Under the pieces are notes generated by a model that saw only the letters and a list, made by a program, of their open reading frames with translations, made no database searches and had not been told where the DNA came from. Below are positions 13,541-25,635 of a DNA stretch of 64,000 bases, in pieces (the stretch's first letter is position 1; each line of letters opens with the position of its first letter). The DNA lies in NCBI RefSeq assembly GCF_039654945.1, contig NW_027361738.1:74586001-74650000 (forward strand), in the 5' to 3' direction. Source of the DNA: Dendrobates tinctorius. Lineage: Eukaryota. A program made the translations under genes and the position numbers.

Positions 13541-13593
13541 AGTGTCGGTGCAGTCTATGTGACCACCCGGTGCATGGGGACGGAGAGCGGCGG
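13540..13593 (+). other. RPP38: Putative non-coding exon 1 of RPP38 (start approximate)
   Basis: Strong donor CGG|GTGAGT at 13594 just downstream of the promoter motifs; both RPP38 CDS copies are preceded by a polypyrimidine-AG acceptor. Confidence 0.55.
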
Positions 13594-14100
13594 GTGAGTT
13601 TATAAAGCTTGTGAGTCAGAATGACGTGCGGTATAGGAGAAATGAGCCCGTGCAATGTCACCCACGTTATGTGCACTACAATCCCCAGCACGCTCTCAGC
13701 ATTCCGTAGTGGAGAATGGTCGCTCCTTGGTGACGGTTTCCACACATATGACCATACTTTTTCAATGGCTAGTTTAGAGTCGGAAGGGAAAGTCCGCAGT
13801 AAATAGGTGTGTATATAATCACCAAGTGACAGAAATAATTCTATTTTTTTGACCCCTTATTTTACTATGATCATATCTCCCTTTATTTTGAGAGGTAGCG
13901 GTCAGATTTTACCATAAAATGTACTGGAAATGATGCAGTGTGTTGTTATATTTTGGGTTTCGCTTTTATGGTATTTATTGTGCAAAAAACAAAACCCCCA
14001 GATAAAATATATATAGCTCTGAACTTTGAAAAAAAAAAAAAAATTCTGACATTTTCTGAGATTCTGACTTTTTCATCCAGCGATGGAGCCGCCTCTCTAA

Positions 14101-14284
14101 GGCCGGGATCACACATTGCGAGGAATACAGCGGAATCTCGCATGTTAATACACGGCGCTGCCGCCGGCACTCGGATCGGAGCGCGAGGCCACATAGCAAT
14201 ACATGGAGCCGCACGCTCCGCTCCCGAGCACCGGGTATTACCATGCGAGATTCCGCTGTATTCCTCGCAATGTGTGATCCCGAC
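14101..14284. mobile_element. Palindromic Harbinger-like MITE
   Basis: GGCCGGGATCACACATTGCGAGGAATACAGCGGAATCTCGCATG ... its inverted copy ending TGTGTGATCCCGAC. Confidence 0.6.
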
Positions 14285-15484
14285 TCATTTTTTGTTGTGT
14301 GAAACAAGCTGACTTTTTTTCATGGTACCATGTTGGGGTACATATGATGTTTTGATTTCTCTTCATAGCATTTTCGGGGGGGAAAATATGGAAAAACCTG
14401 ACAGATCTTGAGTTTGGATTTTTAAAAAAAAATTTCTGTACATATATTTTTATACATTGAGATTCACTCAGCAGGCCCTAAATATTCTGTAAAAGGGTCA
14501 GGACAGCGGTCATAACGGACACAGACTCTGAGTGGCTGGCGAGACCGGATGCCGATCTGGTTCAGACTGCGGCTTCGGAGTCCACAGTGCAGAATCGGAG
14601 TCCAGAGCAGGACTGGGTGCTGAAGCTGGATCAGACCGTGTGGGTACTGGAACATTAGACCAGTACACACAGGTTCAGGGATAGATTCAGCTACAGGCAG
14701 GACGGGTTCCGACTTAACAGCTTGAAGACTAACTAAACACTAATATGGCTCGGGCACCCCCCTACAGGGGAATGTGCCTTAAATACTTCTCGTTTCCCAG
14801 CTATTGGCTGGGAACAGATCAGGAGTGTGTGCACAAATCCTTTAAGAATGGGGGATCACTCGCATCCTAAGCATGCAGTCAGGAGATCTGCACAGCGTTC
14901 AGGTTCTGGGGTGCTGGAGCAGAGGACACAGCCAGGCGGTTGAGGTGGTGAGCATGTTGGTGTCCCTGCCTGGGGAAGGGAGAGGAAACATGCAGGGACG
15001 CCAGCATTACACACTGTTCGGTCGGGAGAGCCTCCGGTTAGTCCGAACATTGCGTTGCGATCCTTGTCCAACTTTGTGACTCTTCCCTTATTCAGAAGAT
15101 GGTATGGAAGCTGTTAAAGACAGGATCGTTGATCCCTACTCACGGTGAGGGTTGTCTGAAAATGGTAGAACTCAGGTCCCCAATTGCCAAGGAAAACCAC
15201 ACACCCATTGATAACATTGCTCAGGCACCTATGGAGCTTCTTCCTTCTGTTTAACTGCTTAGATGCCATATTTGCTTTTGGCCATGGCATCTAAAGGACA
15301 AACGACAGGGATTGGCACTAGCGCTGACCTCTAGGGTTGCAGGAAAATGTCAACTTGCTATTGATGGAGTTTAGAGTTTCCAGACGTCGTACAGGTCATG
15401 ACAATTATTACATATTCCTCTATTGATCAAAATATATAGACATATGTATTTTTTTTCTTAGGGGGAAAAAAAAACAGCAGCAAC

Positions 15485-16306
15485 ATGGCGGCTAAGACCC
15501 CCAAAGGGCCCATACGGAAATCAAAACTAATCGTGTCTAAGACGTCTCTAAACAGCCCATATGAGAAGATCTGGACCCCGGAGGTTGGAGAGGACATGCA
15601 GTTCATCCTGCAGACTTTACTGAAAAAGTTTGAGGAACTTGGACTAAAAAAGTTGGAGAACCATACAAGATCCTCAAATGGCAAAAAGGGTCAAAAAGGA
15701 AAACTTTCTGATGGAAGCAAGGAGAAAGTCGCCGACAAAGAGATCCCGGAGGCGGAGGAGGCACAGAAGACAGGATGGACCTATGCAGATCTCAGGAAAC
15801 AGCTGGCCATAGGGATTAATGAGGTCACCCGGGCCTTGGAGAAGAATGACCTGGACATGGTGATCGTGTGTAAGTCCGCAAAGCCGGAGATGATCACAAG
15901 TCACATCATAGAGCTCAGCTACAGCCGGGGGGTCCCTGCCTGTCAGCTGCCGCGACTCAGTGAGAACGTGGCTCCAGCTCTCGGGATTAAGAGTGTGCTG
16001 GCACTGGGCTTCCAAAAAAGCTCTGACGTATTTCGCGAGCAAGTGTTATCAATAATGGCACTAATTCCCCCTCTACATGTCCCTCGGCTACCGACCGAAT
16101 GCGGGCAAAATGAAGATGTCAGTGTTTCAGTGGAAGATGATGGATCAGAAGAGGAGGAAAGCGTTATTCCGACCCCCGTCCAGAAAAGAACACTCTCTCC
16201 CTCTGAGCATCCACCAGATGTGAAGCTGCAGGAGCTAAAAGTTAAGATCGTCCCAAACCCCCTAAAAAAGCAGAAATTTAAAGAAATCGCTGATGAAAAA
16301 ATATAA
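15485..16306 (+). CDS. RPP38: Ribonuclease P/MRP subunit p38, copy A (273 aa, frameshifted C-terminus)
   Basis: KTSLNSPY, GWT...LRKQLAIGINEVTRALEK (L7Ae-like fold), VCKSAKPEMIT, PACQLPRLSE...LALGF; single coding exon after acceptor ttttcttag (15461); synteny. Confidence 0.9.
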   Translation: MAAKTPKGPIRKSKLIVSKTSLNSPYEKIWTPEVGEDMQFILQTLLKKFEELGLKKLENHTRSSNGKKGQKGKLSDGSKEKVADKEIPEAEEAQKTGWTYADLRKQLAIGINEVTRALEKNDLDMVIVCKSAKPEMITSHIIELSYSRGVPACQLPRLSENVAPALGIKSVLALGFQKSSDVFREQVLSIMALIPPLHVPRLPTECGQNEDVSVSVEDDGSEEEESVIPTPVQKRTLSPSEHPPDVKLQELKVKIVPNPLKKQKFKEIADEKI

Positions 16307-16856
16307 AAAACTCTTCCTGGATCCATAAAAACCGGAGAAAAAAATAAGAGGTTTCTGTATTATATTTTTTTTAACCTGCGACTGCAGTTGTGTGTTTTTT
16401 TTTTTTTTTTTGTTTTTTTTTATATATATGTGTTGTTTCCATCAGTTTCTAAATAAGTTAATTTTTTTCAGCTGAAATTGAAAAGTGTCCAACATTCACC
16501 TTCTGATCTGTGTTCTACTGTGGATAAAGTACAGCGCTGAGTGTTTTTTTTTTTTTCTAGATCATTGCGTTCTTGATTTCTTCCCATTTTACACATCGTC
16601 CCAACATTTTTAGACTTGGCCTGGTATAAATAACCAAACTCTATACTAGCATAATGTTTTGCAGCACAGGAAAAACTTCCATCTATGGCATATGGCTGAA
16701 TCCCAGAGCCGTTCACTGCAATCAGAGAAACAGAGTCTTTGCTCCTTGACTGCGGTGTCCATTTTTTTTGGACGGGCTCATGAACATATTAAAAACACAT
16801 GTGAAATGCACAAATGTGAACACGTTGGTCAGACAATGCTCACACCACCCATTTAC

Positions 16857-17369
16857 TAAGATATGACAAGAGAACATAGAATGGCAGATTTGCAAAAATT
16901 TGCAAAAATTCTCTGCAGCCAAAAAATATGGCAATAATCAGCAAGTGCTGAATAACAAATACAGGGTATTTAGTCGATACGTTTTTTTGCAAAAAAATGT
17001 ATACCAAGCTGCCTCACCAACGTCAAGGTAACCCGTGTCGAAGCAGTCCCTATCTAATGTATATTCCTGTGTGAATGTGCACAAAAAAGCTGTCTCAGAC
17101 CATCAGCCCACACTGGGGAGCAGCCTGTCTGAATCCTGTTCATGTCAAGACACTGTTCAGATGTTCAGGTATTTAATACATTAGATAGGGACTGCTTCGA
17201 CACGGGTTACCTTGACGTTGGTGAGGCAGCTTGGTATACATTTTTTTGCAAAAAAACGTATCGACTAAATACCCTGTATTTGTTATTCAGCACTTGCTGA
17301 TTGCCATATTTTTTGGCTGCAGAGAATTTTTGCAAATCTGCCATTCTATGTTCTCTTGTCATATCTTAG
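16857..17369. repeat. Long foldback inverted repeat (~200-bp arms, ~115-bp spacer)
   Basis: 16857-17061 is the near-perfect reverse complement of 17176-17369. Confidence 0.85.
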
Positions 17370-18610
17370 GGCGCATGAACATGGCTGTCTGAGCAGGACT
17401 CCTCAAGCAGGGAGCACAAGCAGAGTCAGTTTGACATCCATTTGTGTCCTTGCAGCGAATGACTCTAGGATTTAGATGTAGGCCCAGCACTGTAAAGCTC
17501 AGTGTGAATGTAGCCTTAGGGTATGTTTCCACGATCAGAGTTGGGGCTTGGTATCACCACACCTTATGTCGTCAGCCTTCCTTTGGGCAGAAGAACCTCT
17601 TTGCAGACACAGATATGGACGGTGCAAGAAACTTAGACCCGGGACTGCGTTAAGATGGCATAGGACGGCCAAGCGTCCCTCCACTGCCACGTGCAGAAAG
17701 GATCACGCATGCCGGCACCACTCATGGACAGAACACACACCGATGGTCCAGATAGGAAAAAAAAATTGGCAGTATGCACCTTTCTGGTCCAGATTACGGA
17801 CCCTTGTACCGTATGCAATACCAATGACCACACGTCCGCTTTTCAGATATGTGAATGGCCACTTTTTGTTTATATTGACCTCTAAACCTTGACTTAGACA
17901 TCATTCACATGGACCATTTTCATCAGTTTGCTGGATCTGATGTTCATCCCTTTTTTTTGTGGCATTTCATTTTTGCAAAAAAATAATCAGCTTCTCCTAC
18001 CCATTGAAAAATAGAAGGCAGCACTCGGGTGATACATGGATGGCGATCATGGGCGACGCATTGATTTCAGTGGGCAAGTTTGAGCTGTAAGTTAGATAAC
18101 AAAAAAGACACGTGTACGGATTTTTTTTTTTTTTTGTTGCATACACACAGCCCTCCAAAAACCCATGGACAAGTGAACAGCTCTATACAGACTATAACTG
18201 ATGCGTCTGTTTTTCACATACTTATGACATCCCTGTTCTTGGGTAGAACACGTGTAGAAACAAACCTCTGAATTAGACCTTCAAGAGAAACATTAGAAAT
18301 GCATAATGTCCCCCTGTGGATTTTTTTTTTTTTTTTTTAAACACAAATTTTATTTCAAATTTTCATAGACATTGCTTCATTTCACATGACAAGTCATTTT
18401 TCCAATAAACAGACAATAACTCAGCCTATCATCCTCCCTTCCTACCCTCCCTTAAACAAACCCTCTTCCTCTTACATTTTCAATGGTCTCCCCTAGCAAC
18501 TTCGCACACATGTTATGTCTAGACCACTTGTAAAACACAGATTGCAAGCATCACCTCTGTAAAATATCACCACACATTTATCCTTTTTAACTCCTGTCCC
18601 TACCAGGACC

Positions 18611-21600
18611 TTACACCTCGCCTTCATTAGCCAACTTCAGATTCCCCAAATTGTTTTGGATGTCTTCCAGTAGGTACCATTCAGTATATTTAAAGGGCCT
18701 TACTATTCTCCTTATTTCCTCTTCATCACATTGTCTTACTATGAAAAGCCTCCATTTTTTAAAGAATTTACCCGTCAGACCCTCCTTGTTCCTTTCCGCC
18801 TCCAGCTGTTCAATTCTGAGTAAAGATTTAATCTGTCCCATCACCTCTTCCATCGACGGCACACTTCCCTCAAGCCATTTGGACAGTAGAGCCCTCTTAC
18901 CTATCATAGCCACCCCATGAAACAATTTTGGTAATTTGGGCCTCTGTTCCTCTCCTCCTCTTACTACCTGTCCCTTGTTCCTATAATGAAAGATCCACAG
19001 CAATGGATCCATTTCAATTTCCACACTCCCCACTTTTTGCATAAATAATTGCAATCCTTTCCAGAATTTCTGGCTCTCTGGGCATTGCCAGATCCCATGG
19101 AACAGGTCTGTTTTTGGCAATTTACATTTGGGGCACTGAGTCACTCTGTTTATCTGTTGTGTATTTGGGATGTTAAAACCATAAATTGCTCTATGCATCA
19201 GTCTATATTGAGTGTCCCTCCAACCTTCATTAATCACCTCCTTCCTCATCTTCATCCACCCCTGTAATATCTTCTCCCCTGCTTCAGAGTCACCCAGTTG
19301 TCTTGCCCATGCTCTCCAGACTTGTTCTGGGCAGATTGGAATCAAAACCTCCCTCAAAGCTTTATATAATGCGGAGATAGAATTCTCATGTCGGTCTTTC
19401 ATAATAATTCTGTCCAAGTCATTCGTCACCTGTTCCATTCTAACATCCCTCAGTTGTGACATTAGCCCCTTTTCTATCTGTATTGGAGGATTTGAAATGT
19501 GGATAGCCCATATTTTGTCACGATTTCCTGGTATGTCAGCCATCTATTCTCCACCTCATGTATTAGATCTGTCACCCTTTTTATCCCCTTGTTCTTCCAT
19601 TCTGAAAATAATTTGTTGTCTCTTCCCGCTGGGAAATCTGGGAACCTCCATATATCAAGATGCTTGGATATTCTCCAAGACAACTTGAATTTTTTCCTCA
19701 CTGCCTTCCAGGCCATCACCGTATCTCTACATACCAGTGAGTGTTTAATGTTCCTTGGTATGTTGGCCAATGACGTGTGTAATAGTGCCCCTAAATCCCA
19801 GGGTTTACAAAAATCACTCTCCAAACGTATGTCAGAATGCCCATTTGTCTTCCTCAACCAGTCTATGGCATGTCTCATCAGGCATGCCAAATTATACCCT
19901 CTAATATTTGGCAGTTTAATGCCTCCTTGTTCCAAAGATTGCATCAATTTTTCCGTTTTAATTCTCGGTCTTTTCCCCCTCCATAGGAATGTCGAAAATG
20001 CTTTATTCAATCTATTTGTCTGTATGTTTCAACAACATGGGGATGGTCTGCATTGGGTAGAGTAACTTTGGAAAGCACATCATTTTCAAGAGATGATTTC
20101 TACCTAGCAGAGATAACGGTAGCCCTTCCCACAACTTCAATTCCCGTTCTATTTTCTGTATCAAAGGTTTGTAGTTTAAGTCATATATCGATGCTGACGT
20201 ACATCCCATCTGTATTCCTAGATATTTAAGATGTGACTTTGCTATTGGTATCCCACAGATTTCCCCCCTTGTTCCATCTGCTACCATTAGTGGCATCCTT
20301 TGCCCACAGAGAAATAGTATTTCACACTTTGTTCTGTTCAATTTAAAACCTGACAAGCTCCCAAACTCCTCTATCTGTCTTATCACTTTCGGTAGGTCCC
20401 TCTGAGGATTGTTCATGAATAATATAATATCATCCGCAAATAGCGCTGAGTGCAGTCGTTCCTTCCCAACACTAATGCCTTCGAAACAATCTCCTTCATT
20501 TAACAGTCGAGACAATGGCTCAATGGCAAGGTTAAACAGAAGGGGTGACAATGGACATCCCTGTCTAGTCCCTTTGTTCAAAGGGAAAGACTGCGACAGG
20601 AACCCGGGCGTTGCCACCCTCGCCTGAGGATTCGCGTATAATACTCCTATAAACGTACGAAAGGCTCCCTCTATCCCCATATTGTCGAGTACCGTCTCCA
20701 ACCATGTCCACCCCACGCTGTCGAACGCTTTTTCAGCATCAAGCGTGACCATGGCTGGACAGTCCTCCTTTCGAAGATCCCTGTGTCTAATAGCATCCAT
20801 TACCAACATGGCCCTCCGCACATTTGTCACCACTGCCCTCCCTTTAACAAACCCCGATTGTGCCGGTGAAATTAAATTTGGTATTATCTCCGCCAACCTA
20901 TTGGCCATCAATTTGGCCAAGATTTTAAGATCCTGATTTATTAATGAAATTGGCCTATAGTTTGCTGGATTGTCTAGATTCTTATCACCCTTGGGTATCA
21001 ATTTTATGTACGCAGTGTTGAGATGTCCCGAAATTCCACATCCTCCCAGTATTTTATTGTGCATTCTATTCAAAACCGGCGCTATCTGCTCTCCCATTTC
21101 TTTATAAAATTCCCCATTGAACCCGTCAGGTCCCGGTGTCTTGTGTATATTCAAATCCCTTATTACCGACTGTACTTCCTCTATTGTTATTTCCGCGTTC
21201 AATCTAGACAGCTCTTCCGAATTTATTTGCGAAAGTTTTATTTTTCCCAACAGATCACTTCCCCTGTCTCCCGTCTCTTCCCCCCTGCTATATAAATTCG
21301 CATAGTACTTCCCCAAAATCTCTGTAATCTCCTTTGGGTTTGAGGATTTGCTCCCGTCCGGTCTAGTCATATTAGTTATCAAGGTCATTGGTCGTCGTCC
21401 TTTCGCCAGATTGGCCAATAATTTCCCCGCTTTATTGCCAAATTTGTGTAGATCAACTTCCTGTTGTGATCGTATCAGGTCCTCTCTTTTCCCCACCCAA
21501 GAGTGAAATTCCTGTCTCGCTGCCTTCCACTCCTCTTTCGCACTTTGTGTCTTGTTTGCTAAGTACCCCGCGTATTTCTCTCTGAGGGCCTCGCTTGCGT

Positions 21601-22538
21601 TTTGGTATTGTTTATGAGTATGCTTTCTAAGTTTAGCTACATGTCCCATCAATCTACCTCTCAGTACTGTTTTTGCAGTTTCCCAGAACAACATTACATC
21701 CGCCGCATGTTCACTATTAGTACTGCTATAATCATCCCACCATTCGATCAGAGTTTTGGCAAATTCCTTGTCTCTAAGCAAAAACGACGGAAACCTCCAC
21801 AGATAATCTGTCCCCCTCTGTATTGTATCAGTGATGTCTAAAAGCACTGGGCTATGATCCGATATCACCATATCCTCAATAACCACATCTCTAACCCTAT
21901 GCATCAAAAGTTGGTCAACCAAAATGTAGTCAATCCTGGACCACGCTTCATGAGGATGTGAATAGTGAGTGTACTCCCGGTCATTTGGATGATGCAATCT
22001 CCAGCTATCTTTCAAATTTGTGTCCTCCAAAAGCTTGGCCATTAAACCTTTTACCTCTCTAATCGGCCTACCATCATCCCTACTATATCTCTTGTCTTCC
22101 CCCCTTGATACCACCGCATTAAAGTCCCCTCCAACCACCCTTTTGAGTTCCGTATCCTTTTCCAATTCCTGAGTGATGAAGTTAAAAAAAGAAGTTTGTT
22201 CATTATTGGGGGCATATATGTTATGTATACCAAATTCTCCCTGTGGACTGGAAAGCTTGATGTAGATATACCTCCCTTCCTCGTCATTGGTCTGAGACAC
22301 TATCGTGTGGTTAAAATTTTTGTTGATCAAAATCATCACCCCTGCCTTGCGTCCCATGGAGCCTGACCCAACTACTTTTCCCACCCATAGTTTTTGCATA
22401 CGAAAGAAATCTCCCTGGGGTAGATGAGTCTCCTGTAATAATGCTATATCCACTTTCAATCTTTTGAGGTGCCTCAATATCATCATACGTTTGTGGTGAC
22501 TTCAATCCTTTTACATTCCATGTCACTATTTTAACCAT
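18611..22538 (-). pseudogene. L1 ORF2p (APE endonuclease, RT, CCHC) split by three small frameshifts
   Basis: MVKIVTWNVKGL, LQETH, GGDFN, SRIDY, SDHSPV; RT motifs YRPISL, DAEKAFD, GTRQGCPLSP, FADD, KYLG; CPKC...HGIWQC. Frameshifts near 22490, 20012 and 19480. Confidence 0.9.
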
Positions 22539-23193
22539 TATCCCAATTCCTCAAATATGTCAAGTCGCCATGTGGTCTTTCATATGTGTGGTGTTTTGCT
22601 TCCTTCAAGCGTTCAGTGCGCTTATGCCGTTGCATTCCCTGTACCCATCCACCCTTCCTGTATCATTAACAATTAACAACCCCTCAACTATCCCCCCCTG
22701 TACAATCAAATGTCTCTGCACTCCCATTTTTTCTGTGATGCTCCTGGCTCCGCTATTCTCCCTCAGCCATTTAATTAAGAATTATACGTAGTCTATCCCT
22801 CATTAATTTATTACCCAACTAACCCAAACAAGGCCTTCTTGGTCAGTAGTCTAGCCAACATATAGCACCCCCTCCCTCCTTTCCCATGCATAATATTTGT
22901 CATTACTGAACCCAGAATCTTTCTTCTTCCCAGCTTTGTGGATACCTCAACATCCAACAGAGGAGTTTATCAAATAAAAATATAAATGCGAAAGAAACCC
23001 GATTTCCCCCCCCCCCAGATATTAGTACTCCCCTACCCCTACCCCTCAGAGTAAGCAAAACCCCAATATCAATAACATCTGGAGAGACGAGAGGAACCAG
23101 TAAGAAGAGGCCACTTCAACCCCCACTATCCGTCAATCTCTCCTCTCATAAATCCCTCAGTTCAGTCTTCAAACCTACTCCCCAGAGTCTCTC

Positions 23194-24375
23194 TCAAGGC
23201 ACTCCCCTGCCCTGGTTTCCCGACTTGTGTGACGGCGATCTTCGTGCCTTAGGGTTCTCCATGTGAGGCTCCTTCCCTTCCTCTCTCCTTTCAGTCCATT
23301 CGTTCCAGCCCTCCTCCCGAACCTCCCCTTCCCTCTCCCCGTGTCGACCACCCCTCCTCTCCGGAGATTCACTTGTCAGGTTTCTGTCCTCCATCTCCTC
23401 CATCCATCTCTCCGCCTCTCTCAAGTCCTTTGTCACAAAAAAAGATCCATTTCGTTTTGTCACTCTCAGAAGAGCAGGGTAGAGTAGTTGAAACTTTATA
23501 CCCTTGCGGTACAGTGCGGTGCATATCTTGCTGAAGGACTTCCTTTTCCGGGTGACCTCTGCCGAATAATCCCCAAAGATCAATATTTTATGTCCTTGAA
23601 GAGACAGTGGGGTCCTTCGTCCTCTAAATGCTCGCAACAACTCTTCTTTGTCCTTGTATTCCAAATATTTTATTATGACTTGGCGCGGTCTGGCTGTTCC
23701 AGTCACCCCTGCATTACCTTCCTTCCCGTCCGCTCCCCATGCGCCCGTGTTTTCTCTTACAGGGCCCACTCTGTGCGCTCTTTCCACTCTGCATCTGTGT
23801 GTCCGGCCCAGCGCCTTGGGAAGCTCTGCTTCACAAATGTTATCCAGCTGCCGCATGGTTATTGATTCCGGTAACCCCACCAGTCTTAAGTTGCTTCTCC
23901 TGGACCGGTTTTCTAGATCTTCCAGTTTGTCTTTCATAGCCTGGGAACCCTCCTCCATCTCCTTCATTTTCCCCTTTAACGTTGTCACCTCATCCTCTGT
24001 ATTAGATAATCTTTGTTCCAGCTCTGCCACTCTGGCTCCCTGCTGTGTGACCTGTTCTTTAATGGGGGATAGCGCCACCCCCACCATGGCCTCCAGGGAC
24101 TCCTTTATCTTGTCTGCCAGGTGTGCTGCCACTGCTCCTGCCAGGCGATCATAGTCTATGAGCACGTCCGTTAACTGACTGCTCTGCTGGGCTGCCGGCT
24201 GCTCATGCTGCCTTCTCCCCTCCTCCTCCATCAGGCTCTGCTCACCTCCCTGCAGACCGCTGTATCCCGCGTCTGCCCCGCCCGCCGCCATTTTGAGATC
24301 TCGTGCTGCGTGGTCTTCCCCAGCAGCTCCTGGCTTTAAATGCTTGCCGCCGCTCCGGAGAAGGTACCGCTCCAT
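23194..24375 (-). CDS. L1 ORF1p (coiled coil + RRM + CTD), intact, 393 aa
   Basis: LEDLENRSRRSNLRLVGLPES, VERAHRVG, RPRQVIIK, DYSAEVTRKRKSF, LLYPALLRV. Confidence 0.9.
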   Translation of the reverse strand: MERYLLRSGGKHLKPGAAGEDHAARDLKMAAGGADAGYSGLQGGEQSLMEEEGRRQHEQPAAQQSSQLTDVLIDYDRLAGAVAAHLADKIKESLEAMVGVALSPIKEQVTQQGARVAELEQRLSNTEDEVTTLKGKMKEMEEGSQAMKDKLEDLENRSRRSNLRLVGLPESITMRQLDNICEAELPKALGRTHRCRVERAHRVGPVRENTGAWGADGKEGNAGVTGTARPRQVIIKYLEYKDKEELLRAFRGRRTPLSLQGHKILIFGDYSAEVTRKRKSFSKICTALYRKGIKFQLLYPALLRVTKRNGSFFVTKDLREAERWMEEMEDRNLTSESPERRGGRHGEREGEVREEGWNEWTERREEGKEPHMENPKARRSPSHKSGNQGRGVP

Positions 24376-24981
24376 ATACCGGCGTCTCCTACTACTTATC
24401 CCTCACTTCCCGCTGTCTCCCGCAGCCTTGGGGTGATCTTTGTCGGTCTTTGTAGCTGAGGGGAGCGCGGAGCTCTGTCTCCTGCGTCCTCACATCACAG
24501 CACTGGAACCGGAAGTCCCCCCTGTGGATTTTAAGATTGGAGGCCCTGTGTAAACTGACTTGCGATGCATGCAGCCCATAAATGTCAAGATTTTTTTTTT
24601 TTTTGCCTTTTCCCTGCAGGTTTCACTCTTCACAATGAATGCCATAAAAACAAAACCCAAAATAATACACATTTGTCTTTTTCACTATAGGTAGATTTCT
24701 TTTTGACGTTTTTATTAAGAGTTATCCAGGTTTTTCACGAAAGTCTGCAGTCCCTGTATGTGACTGCAGACCTGTGAAACCTCTCGGAGCTTGCAGCGCG
24801 TGCTGTGAAGATCCTCCAGTTTCAGTGGCGAGATGGCGGATGTGACGACAAGTATGAGATATCCATACTTCCGGCCATACAAATAAAATGAGCGAGGTCG
24901 TGCACATCTAGTCGAACTGTGGCAAAACTGGAGAATCCTCAGTGTGCACGATGTGAAGATTCACAAATCTGCAGTCACATA

Positions 24982-25631
24982 CAGTGTCATGTAAAAGTCT
25001 GGGCACCCCTGCTCAAAATTACTGTTATTGATAAAGCAAGTTGAAGATGAAATGATCTCTAAAAAGGCCTAAAGTTAAAGATGACCCATTTCCTTTTGTA
25101 ATTTAGGCAAAAAAAAATTTTAATCTCTTGCATTTTAAAAATTACAAAAAGGAAAATGAACCGATGCAAAAGTTTGGTCACCCTGCATGGTTAGTATCTA
25201 GTAACACTCCCTTTTGAAAGTATCGCAGCTTGTAAATGGTTTTTTTTGTAGCCAGAGAAGAGTTTGTCAGTTCTTGCTTTGAGGGATTTTCATCCATTCT
25301 TCCTTGGATAATTCTTCCAGTTCTCTGAGAGTCGTCTTGCATCCTCTGCTATTTTGAGGCCTAGCCACAGATTGTCAATGATGTTTAGATCAAGGGACTG
25401 TGAGGGCCACTGTAAAACCTTCAGTGTGCGCCTTTTGAGGTCGTCTTTTGTGGACTTTGATGTGTGTTTAGGATCATTATCTATTTGTAGAAGCCATCCT
25501 CTTTTCAGTTTCGGCTTTTTTACAGATGGTGTTATGTGTGCATTGAGAATTTGTTGAAATTTAATTGAATCCATTATTCCCTCTACCCATGAAATGTTTG
25601 CCACCCCAAAGCATGATTGATCACCCCATGC
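24982..25631 (-). mobile_element. Tc1 remnant (3' part), interrupted by a TTAA element
   Basis: TA|CAGTGTCATGTAAAAGTCTGGGCACCCC terminus; ORF 25290-25604 with DNDPKH...WPSQSLDLNIIDNLW; a short continuation follows 29209. Confidence 0.8.
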
Positions 25632-25635
25632 TTAA

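Larger units (their letters stand above)
18321..24518 (-). mobile_element. Full-length L1-clade LINE
   Basis: 5' end GGACTTCCGGTTCC; ORF1 plus ORF2; poly(A) tail (poly-T at 18321-18338 on +); TSD CCCCTGTGGATTTT at 18311 and 24519; TTTT/AA endonuclease site. Confidence 0.93.

Noticed and set aside
15427-16326. Antisense ORFs over RPP38 (also 31951-33039)
   Set aside because: Shadow frames of the real CDS
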